From Sphaerodactylus townsendi (lineage: Eukaryota): DNA of 64,000 bases. Where the stretch lies: assembly GCF_021028975.2 (NCBI RefSeq), contig NC_059439.1, forward strand, positions 22,258,001 to 22,322,000. Reading direction: 5' to 3'. Numbering within the stretch: the first letter of the stretch is position 1; the number at the start of each line of letters is the position of its first letter. Of the stretch, positions 54,792 through 64,000 are shown piece after piece. The notes under the pieces were generated by a model. That model searched no databases, had not been told where the DNA came from, and was given only the letters and a program-made list of their open reading frames with translations. Position numbers and translations under genes: made by a program.

Positions 54792-56104
54792 TTTGTTCCC
54801 TGTTAGAAAAATGAAGAAGGACAATGGGTGTGATTTATTGAGACATAGTGTGGTTCACACATGCATGTAAGTCTAAGCAAAAGATGACTTACATACATGT
54901 GTGGGTCATGACACTCAGGAATTATTTCTCATCACTTCAGACATAATATGATGGATCCAACAAGATTTTTCACTCAATCTGCTTGATTCCTCTGCTTAAT
55001 TACATCTTCCATCCCAAATGGCTCTTATCCATGAAGTTCCCATGATCCCAAGAATCAGGGACAAGAAACATCTGTGCCTAAATGTAAAGAAAACATCTGT
55101 CCAACAACTAAGAATGAAACCTCAATTTTTTTAAAAATCACTATGCTGATAATCCTTTTAGTACCTTTTCAATACATCAGATTTTTAACCCCTGAAAAGG
55201 AAAAAAGAGCCTCTAATTTTCATTTGAATGAAATTGCCCTAGTGCTTCTGACAACTACAGGGGACTGAGTACTTAAAAATGGAATGCCTACCTAACACAG
55301 CTATTATTTTTAAAAGAGCCTTTAAAACGGAGGAGTGATATGTTTAAAACCAAAGCAGGTTCTTTATTGAGTGACCCGTAGACTCTGTAGCATAGGACTA
55401 GCTTAAGGTACTAGAAGTGTTTAATACTTCACTATTTATTTACGGGATTGGATCTGTTGGTGCTAGAAGGCAAAGTGGCCGTGTTTGACTCCCACAAGGG
55501 ATATGCCAGGAATTGTGGGCCTCGTGTGGAAAAAAGTTGCAGCAGAGGGCCACCACGTGAGATCACTTCCCCCACTTCTTGTGCAAAAAGAAAAAAAGAT
55601 AGGATCTAACCACTTACATTTATATCCATTTAAAGTGTAAGGTTGCTACATGGATTCAGTCATGGACTGGACCCAGGCCAAATAAATGCAGACTTTCAGA
55701 TTCAAATTCTTCTGCTACTTACCAGTTGCTGAATCTGGCTCTTCAATCTGCTAGAAAGGTTTACGTGTATTTCAGGCCACATAAGCAATATCAAATGTTT
55801 TGCTTGTGAACTCAATTTATCCTTTCTTCCTTTTTCACTCTCTTCTGGCCCCTAGGGGTCCTAGGCACGAGGGAGCATCGTAGTTTATTCAAAAAGCTCA
55901 GTGGTGATTTTTNNNNNNNNNNNNNNNNNNNNNNNNNNNNNNNNNNNNNNNNNNNNNNNNNNNNNNNNNNNNNNNNNNNNNNNNNNNNNNNNNNNNNNNN
56001 NNNNGCATGCAAGCTACTGCCTTCCCAAAATAGGATGTGCTCTTATGCCCAAACCGCCACCGAGCTGTTAAACCAACAGCTCCCACCACAGCTTCAGCAG
56101 CCCA

Positions 56105-56290
56105 GAGTCACACAGCTCAGTGCGTGCCGCAAAGCCACTGCAACAGAGCATATCAGACGTCATTTTGCTCAGTGCGTGCCGTGAAGTCACTGCAACAGAG
56201 CAGCTCAGTTTCGCTCAGTGCATGCTGCAAAGCCATTGCAACAGAGCAGCTCAGTGCATGCCGTGAAGCCACTGCAACAGAGCATATCAG
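56105..56290. repeat. Minisatellite (GCTCAGTGCGTGCCGCAAAGCCACTGCAACAGAGCA-like) about 4 copies
   Basis: Direct inspection. Confidence 0.8.
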
Positions 56291-59200
56291 AGCATAACCA
56301 ACATCATTTCACCAGATGTCCTGACGTCAATCTGATAAGTGTACTCTATCGGGCAAAGTCCGCTCCTCGAGCGCATAGGATATATCGCTATGGGGAATAA
56401 CATCCCCTCCCATATCCTGTACAACCTGGGCTGCGGACCGACAAGCCTTAACCTTGGCTTTGTTTTCACTGGTGGGAGCAACTGCATCCCTCCAATTCCT
56501 CCGTTCCAATAAGCACGACTCGACAGCTTGGTCTGTGATGTCTTACGATGCAGCAAGCTCAGGTCAGGCTCCATGAGGATCCCTCTAAGTCCTCTGTTCT
56601 AGTAAGCACGACCAAACAGCTTGGTTTTTGGCATCGTACAACGCAGCAAGCTCAAGTCAGTCTCCATGAGGATCCGCAAGGCCACTCCCGTCAAGCCAGG
56701 AATGCCATTCTCTCCCACTTGTAGCACAACTCCATCAGGGAAGCCGAATTGAAGGACGGAATCCCGCAACCAGGGGAGTAGGGACCACCTCATGGACTTC
56801 GCCGCGTAACGACCAGCCCAGGACCCAACGCTATGGCGACGCGCCACCGGAACTATAAAAAGAACAGAGTTACAACAAAAGGTGAGGCCAGATGCACACA
56901 CGAAAAGCCAAAGACTGCCAGCAGCCTCCAGCCTGAGTGGTCTGTAGCCTGAGTCTAGTCTGCGTGCAAGGAGACCCAGAAATCACAAGCAACACCGCAG
57001 AACAGCTGTGAATTGATATCTGGACACTGGTAATGCAGTCATGTGAGCCATCGGGTTGGCTCTAAATGCTGCCTGCATGGATGAATGCAAATGCAAAACA
57101 GGAAAGCGGGACTGCAACCCGCTACACACTTGTACTGTGGCAAGTGAATAACAGATCTTCTTCCTGCTCTGCCCAACAAATTAAAATTTTATAAAGCAAC
57201 AATTTAAATGTTTCCAAAGGCTTGGAAAAAGGTAATATACTCTTTGTTCTCGCCCAGCATGGCAATGCCTCCCCATCAACCATGCACATGTCGACCCTTT
57301 GAAAGGCTAAAGGGGGCTGATGCTTTGGTGAACGGGGCAACAAGTTCACTGCACTGGAAAAAGCCATAACAGGCCAAAGCAGCGTTCTTAGGGGGCCCCT
57401 TTTTAATGGGCTGCCTATGGTCCTGTGGCCTAGGGGAATACCGCTGCCAACCGACCCTGGCCCTTCGGGATTCATGAGTGGGAATGGTCAGTGATTCCCA
57501 GGGGCTGACAAGTGTACGGCAAAATGAACCCCATACCTGGCCCAGTTTCAGGCTATTGACTGAAAACTAGGGCCTTACCTGCTTAGCCCAGATACCTAGT
57601 GTATCAAGCTAGAGTGCACTTTTGAGCTAGGCTCCACTGCACTAGGGCTGAAAGCACTCCACCATGCCCGCCTATATGATAGGCATAACCATATTTTTTG
57701 GGCAATGGAGCTGCAGATGCAGCTCTCTGAGCTATAAACAACTAGCCTGACAACCAATGCCCTTCTGAGCGGTATGATGATTCCATTAGCTATGGAGGCT
57801 TGGCCAGAGGTGGACCACATTGAGCAGCAGTGACAGCGCATCCCATCGCAAACCATGCTGCCCGAATCAGCTAGCTTGACGATGGAATCCCCGCCGAGGT
57901 TCCACTTGCTCTGGATCGATGAGGCAAACCAACCAGCCTGAGCTGTGTCCACCGATCCACACTCCAGTTGGCTGGCTCGACGAGACTAGGTAAAGAAAAT
58001 AGAGAGAATTGAGGCTAACCATTCATTTTGTCAACTAACGATACCCATGGCTGACCGTACAAATTTGCTTTGGGGTGACTGTCCTCGGCCACTGCCGCAG
58101 CAGCACTTATGCCTGGTCGAACCTGGTCGAAAAAGGCTCTGGTGATAAATCTCCAGCCACTGCTAAGAGTAATGGCACAAACTCAGGACTGACCTAAGTA
58201 TAAGCAAGATCCTGGAGTCTGCTTCAAATAGCCAATGCTGTTGGAGTGAAGACAGGTGCTGAAATAACATTATTTATTTTAAATTGATTACTTTGTGGTT
58301 ATTAAGGTCTAAAAGATTGTTGTTCTAGCACTTCTCATCTGAATAAGACGTGGGATGCAATAAAATAAAGTCTATCATCCAAACAGGGGAGACCCATCCC
58401 CAGTGCAAGAAAGTGCCTGGAATTGCTGGCAATTGAGCTGGGACCACAGCTGCCTCCTTGACTGGGCATGAAGTTCCTGCGGTGTGGGTTTTAACCCAGT
58501 TCACCAGATTGCGTCCAGCAGTGACACAGTGTGTGACTGGCCTAGGGCCACCCATCAAACTTCCTGGAGCCAATGGGATTTTGTGTAGTTAGTCTCAGGT
58601 CCCAACTCATGCATGGTAAGGAACCCGCCAGCCCGATTGCAAGATTGCTCTACCCCCCCAGTATAACTGAACATGGAGGGGAAGACTGAACCCACTGCAA
58701 CTAGTGGTCAAGTACTAAGAAAAAAAGGGGGGGGGGACTTGGAGGATCCCCTTGATGCCAGCTCACATAAATCGCCCACCATACTGGAGGGCGATTTATA
58801 AATACTGGAGGACTCTGTGCATGGTCGAGTGCTGTCCTAGTCCCATGGCTGATCTGGAACTGCCTCCAGCTACCATTGCTTTGTGGGCCAGGGAGCGGGA
58901 ACAGTCCATCTGGCGACGAATTAAACTGTTGGCAATATCCGTGGTGACACCTGGAAAAACCAGCCTTAAAAGAAATACCAACTCCTGGGCTAAGAGCCTA
59001 ACACTTGCTAAAGCGGCTGGATTGTCTGACAACTGCCCTGCCCATGCCACGCTAGGCTCTGACAGTATTATTTTTTTGCAGTGCATTGGTGAACACTGAT
59101 GCTCAAAAGCTGTATGGTCGCCCGTGAATTGTGTAAACTGGGCCTAAAGGCCTTTTTCAGCGCTGCGACCCCGCTTGAATTCAAGGCCCTAAACCACCCT

Positions 59201-60684
59201 TGTGCTCATAAATCAATACCTGTGGAAAATACAGTGAGGACACATTCCCCTTAACAGAAAGAACCGTGGGCACAAAAACTTGGCAACGTGGGGGAACCCT
59301 GTCACCCATCAATGTCAACAATCCCTCCTAAGCGCTAGGAGGGAGCATGAAATCAAGTAGAAACGATTAAGGTCTTACTATCAGCTTAAGACTGGGTCCA
59401 GACGACTTGTGATAAAACCTTGAGTGTCGCTTAGTAGGCATAGAGGGATAATCATCTCCGATGGATTTGTGCATGGTATAAATATCAACATTGAACCAAA
59501 TACAATCCGCTTTATCAGCAAGGAATCTGCCCAACCAGGGACAGTCCCAGTTAACCTCTGAGCTCTGACAAGCCAGGGTAGTCTGGTCAGCCAGCTCCAG
59601 CTGAAAGAATAATATATTTCAATGGCTGGCTATGTGTCTATAAATCTTAGAAAATTATTATCAATTATTATTATCAATTATTATTGATTACTAAGTTATT
59701 CAAAACCTTCCTGTCACCCGTATTGGGCTCAAGGCCTCTGACCAATTTAACAATATATCTTAGTGCCAAAAGAGCCTGATGGAAACATTAAATCCCGGAG
59801 TTTGCATGCCTCTGCCCTTTGGCAGGAAGAAGAAATCTTTTTCCTCCAGCTGGGTACAACCCCCAAGAATCTTGCCCGACTTCAGTTGGACACGGCTCTG
59901 GTGAAGAAATGGACAGTACTATGGTGCCAGGAAAATGGTAGGCAATTCCTTTTCCATCTCAACTACCATTTAGCAGTCCACCAAGGGCCCCTCAGGTGAG
60001 CCTTGGTATCTTAACATAGGTGAACTAATATGCACTGAAAATTAGTTGTCCCTGGCAGGGCTAGGACTCCATTGTTATGTACATTCTCACATGCCTCTTA
60101 TAGAGACCCACAGTCCTGCAGGTGCTGCCAACTGCCTATGATCTGGGCAAACTTAGTGGTTGCCTGTTTTTTCCTAGGCTGGCTGCCTGGATTACTGAGA
60201 TTGCCTAATTCCTAAAACTATCACTCCTAAACATTTCTCTTTGTTAACCTCAGTAATAAAATTAAATGCAGAGGGAAGTATTCCTCACCCCCACCCTGTG
60301 AGAGAATGAACTAGCCTGAAATGGGCGACTGTCTCTTTGTTCCCAGCCCGCCCTTTTCGTCAGGGCTCAAGCCCGCCCCTGGAAGAATTGAAGGCTAAAA
60401 TGCCTGCTCGCAGCCTAAACAGCTAAAACTGCCGGGAGATTACAAGCAGGGGAGAAGGGAGGCAAGCTGCCTGCCCTCCGTCTGACTTGGAAACCACCTC
60501 AGGGGCAAGGCAGGGCGCAGAGAGAGGGAGGCGAATTGGAAGCCGCCTGTGTCCGCGCTACGAGTGCTCTGCAAGCTGCCTCAGCGCTACCCTGACAGGC
60601 GCTCCGACTATACACGGCTGAAAAGGCCGGCCGGGAGGCAATGACAGCTCCACGCCAACAGGCACTCGGTAGGTCTTCTAATGA

Positions 60685-61020
60685 CGAGGAGAAACAGGCT
60701 TGCAGGCACCGGCTCTCCCTCCCTTCCTCCCTGCGCTCCTTCAAAGGCCTAAGCAAGGGGCCTCGAAGGAACAACCTCACTTTTCTGTCCCCTGCCTGAC
60801 CGGGAGAAACAGGCTTGCCGGGAGAAACAGATTTACAGGCACCAGCTCTCCTTGCGTTTCTCCCCGCGCTCCTTCAAAGGCTTAAGCAAGGGGCCTCGAA
60901 GGAACGACCTCACTTTTCTGTCCCCTGCCTGACCGGGAGAAACAGGTTTGCCGGCACCAGCTCTCCTTGCGTTTCCCGTGCTCCTTCAAAGGCCTGAGCA
61001 AGGGGCCTCGAAGGAACGCC
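60685..61020. repeat. ~110-130-bp tandem repeat, about 3 copies
   Basis: GGAGAAACAGG..GCACCAGCTCTCC..GCTCCTTCAAAGGC..GCAAGGGGCCTCGAAGGAAC recurs. Confidence 0.85.
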
Positions 61021-62004
61021 CTCTCTTTTCCATCCCCCGCCTTGCCGTTGTTAAGGCCTTTTGGGGGGGGGAAGGGAGGGGTGGTGGTTGTTGCGGACAA
61101 GCGTCCCTCTCGACCGCAACAACTGCTATGAGGCTCCCCCGCCGCTTTTTTCCTCTAGCAGCCACAGGCCTATCCTCAGCAAAATGGCGCATGCCGCTAA
61201 AAGTCGTGGCGCGCAACGAGGCCCCCCTTCCGCCCACTTCTTCGACGCCACTGTGCCGCCGATGCGTGCACTGTTGGCCCGTCGAAGTGGCGATCCCCAG
61301 CCGCAGGGATGGCTAAAAGCCGTGGCGCACGAGGCTCCCCACCTAGACTGCAGGGGGCGGGGGGTTTGCTCCCACCTGACGCCCCAACGAGCGCCCAATG
61401 CCGGCTGGGATGATCGCCCAGATTTGGGCGAACCGCTTGCCACAGCCCCCAGGGAGCAGGATTAAAGGCGCAAAACTGCGCCAGAGCAGGGGCTCTTAAC
61501 GAGGCCGGCAAGAGAGAGCGCAGCACAAACGCTTCTCCTTTGAAAGCAGCCGGCCTCGAAGAGGCTGGTCCCCGCCGACGCAGCCCTTTATAGGCTGCTC
61601 AAGGCCCCTGTCACGTGCCGGCACCCGGCCACGTGACAGCCTCAGTCGGCCGGCGGGGAAGGAGGCTTCCACTCGTTCCTCCCCCCTTGCAATGGCGCCT
61701 CCAGGCTGNNNNNNNNNNNNNNNNNNNNNNNNNNNNNNNNNNNNNNNNNNNNNNNNNNNNNNNNNNNNNNNNNNNNNNNNNNNNNNNNNNNNNNNNNNNN
61801 NNNNNNNNNNNNNNNNNNNNNNNNNNNNNNNNNNNNNNNNNNNNNNNNNNTGTGTACGAGCGTTTACGTTTGGGACATTCCTTATTAAAATCTTTATATA
61901 TAAAAAGACTTTATATATACATAAAGATTTTCTTAAGGAATTTCTCCAGCTTATACACACACTCTCTCTCACACACGGAGAGTCTTCTATCAAACTACAA
62001 GAAT

Positions 62005-63565
62005 AGAACTCATAGAACCCATAGAAATTTACCAGTGGAAGGTATGAGGTATGTAATTGTTTGGAATGTTTGCTCTAACAATTGAAATAAATACCCATGA
62101 TGTAGAAAAATAATCCAATATGGGATTAAGAGGCATTACTATTGCTAGATGTTTTCCTTCCGAAGAAGATGAAAGAGGGAAACACTCTGTGTTGATCAGA
62201 GGCTTGCTAGTTCTCACCATTTGATAGTTTGAGGTGTAGGGATTCTGTTATGGGATCATTGTGTAGAGAGTTGTAGGGAAGATCTAAAGTGAAAATTCTG
62301 GTTATTTGTAAGAACACTCAAGCAGAGATACCATAGTGTGGTAGGGAAGACTATGTCACAACACTAATGCAAAGATATTGGCCAGAATCCTATAGCATAA
62401 TCCCGATCAAAGTTACATACTTGTAATTTCATCGAAGTTAGTGAGTTCAAAAGAGTATAATTCATCACAAGATTGTACTGTAAGGTTTCTGTTCTTAAAG
62501 GGAGTGGCGCGTGCGCGCGCGCACACACACAGATTATTCTATGAAACCCCAAGAATAGAAATCATAGACATTTACAGGAGGAGGAGATTTAGTATGTCAC
62601 CATTTGAAGTGTTATCTTGAATCACAGAAATATATAGTTGTGATGTAGAAAAATTATCCATGGTACAAACATGAGTCATTATAACTGTTGGATATTTTCC
62701 TTTTGAAGAAGATCAAAAAGGGAAACAAAGGGAAAAGTTTTGGTTTGCTGCTAATTAGCTCCAATTATGGCAAGTTTGAGGTGTAACTCAAAGCTGATTT
62801 GTTATGGAATCATTGTCTAGTGAGTCATGGGGAAGATCTAAAGTGAAAAGTCCCTTTATTTGTAAGAAGAACCAAGCACAAACACCATAGTGAGGTGGGG
62901 AAGACAGTATCACAGCTCTAATTCTATGGCCATTTCCACACGAATGTGGAAGCGGCCGGGTCGGTGTACTTGACGCCGACCCGACAATGCTAGGACCGTC
63001 CGCATGGACGGTTCTAGAAAGAGCCAGGCAGCCGGCGCCACGGAGCGCCGGTGCCTGGCCGACCCGGCATGTCCCCAGGCCTCCGACACATCGCCGAGGC
63101 CTGGGGACACGCCCCCTGGCCCTGCGCACCTGCTCCAGCAGCGCAGGGCAGGGGGGCATGTCCCCAGGCCTCGGCGACGCGCCGGAGGCCCGGGGACAAG
63201 GTAAGTGCCAGGAGGGAGTGGGGGGGAGGCGTTCGCTCGGCAGCGGCTTCAAGGCAGCGTTTCCCCAACAAGAGCGCTTCCGAGCACTCTGGGGAAACGC
63301 CGGCTTCGCAGCGGTTGGGCGGCGCGAGGGCAGCGTGGCTGCGATGCAGCTGCACCCCCTGTGTGAATGGCGGCCTGGGGACGGCGTTTTTGCCATCCAC
63401 AGGCCGCCATATTCCGCCCGTGCGGAAACGGCCAATGATACTGTCCAGAAACCTACAGCATAATCCTAATCAGAGCAACTTCTTTCTAAAGTCATGGAAG
63501 TCAGTGAGTTTAGAAGAGTAGAATTCATCACAGGATTATGCTGTTAAGTTTCAGTTTTTAAAGGG
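62005..63565 (+). repeat. Old ~540-bp tandem duplication; second unit interrupted by a MITE
   Basis: GATGTAGAAAA, GAAGAAGAT, GTTTGAGGTGTA, GGGAAGATCTAAAGTGAAAA, GAGT..AATTCATCACA recur in order at 62005-62500 and 62552-63565. Confidence 0.75.
62928..63433. mobile_element. Harbinger-like GC-rich MITE
   Basis: GGCCATTTCCACACG / CGTGCGGAAACGGCC termini; TSD TAT/AAT; inverted relative of 49223-49618. Confidence 0.85.
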
Positions 63566-64000
63566 AGATGCATCTTCTACTGGTTCTTTCTTCCTGCAGC
63601 CCCATAAGCCATCTGAAACATTGATCTGGGGTTAACCAGAACTCAGAATCCTCTGAAATGAGATCCTCTGAAATGAGAGGATTTAGGTCAAATTGCCACT
63701 CCTACAAGAAAACCTTCAGATCCTTTAGTCTTCAGATACAAAGCTGTGTTAAATGCATAAAATCCTCTTGTAAAAACACTACAACTTACAAAAGTTAAAA
63801 TCCCAACCCTAACCCTCCCCCTCCCCAAAACAGTAGCATCATAGAGGGGGCATCCATGGATTCTTGCCAATTGCTTGGATAAAAGAGGAAAATCTTTGCC
63901 AGGCTCCTTAACCCATAAAGAGTAGGCATCTGGTGAACCTCTGAGGGGAGGTTATTCCAAAGCCTGGGAGGAATCACAGACCCCTTCCGCACACGCAGAA

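Larger units (their letters stand above)
43358..55912 (-). repeat. Right arm of inverted segmental duplication
   Basis: Reverse complement of 20294-30832 plus arm-specific insertions. Confidence 0.95.
56005..61600 (-). mobile_element. Long, heavily decayed Ngaro/DIRS retrotransposon
   Basis: Minus-strand FPDGVVLQVGENGIP (SGNH), GCWQSLAF (YR C-terminus-like), CLDD near 58375 (RT YLDD-like), GC-rich 5' portion; boundaries approximate. Confidence 0.55.

Noticed and set aside
56105-56290. CRISPR-like repeat array (also 60685-61020)
   Set aside because: Eukaryotic minisatellites inside a retrotransposon; no unique spacers or cas genes.
62788-63521. Several ORFs over 120 aa (likewise 49145-49685, 60948-61526)
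   Set aside because: By-product of GC-rich TE sequence poor in stop codons.

Overview
Vertebrate genomic DNA, most likely a squamate reptile (gecko-like repeats; inferred), with six assembly gaps and no prokaryotic features. (1) 5952-11182 (minus) is a young, 5.2-kb, structurally complete endogenous retrovirus. It has a 6-bp TSD (AAAACT), two LTRs differing by only 2 CpG transitions and one 8-bp indel, a perfect tRNA-Phe PBS, a PPT and a splice donor. It carries an open 766-aa betaretrovirus-type gag with one zinc knuckle and a mosaic ~310-aa C-terminal extension. No protease or RT motif is recognisable. It also has an open mini-env in which a signal peptide leads almost directly into an ASLV-like TM subunit, with SU missing. 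This is the best candidate for an undescribed system: a non-autonomous beta-gag/alpha-type-TM element that has kept two ORFs open while pol eroded. (2) 20.3-55.9 kb is a cluster of five intact family-14-like olfactory receptor genes in a large tail-to-tail inverted duplication (20294-30832 vs 43358-55912, about 95% identical in spot checks). The arms differ by TE insertions, and one OR pair shows start-codon turnover and clustered TM3 divergence. (3) The background is dense in TEs: CR1, L2 and Rex1/Babar LINEs, tRNA-derived SINEs, hAT, Harbinger-like and Tc1/mariner MITEs, and decayed Ngaro/DIRS elements, which sit at the duplication boundaries. All identities and family assignments were made by eye from motifs; no searches were run.
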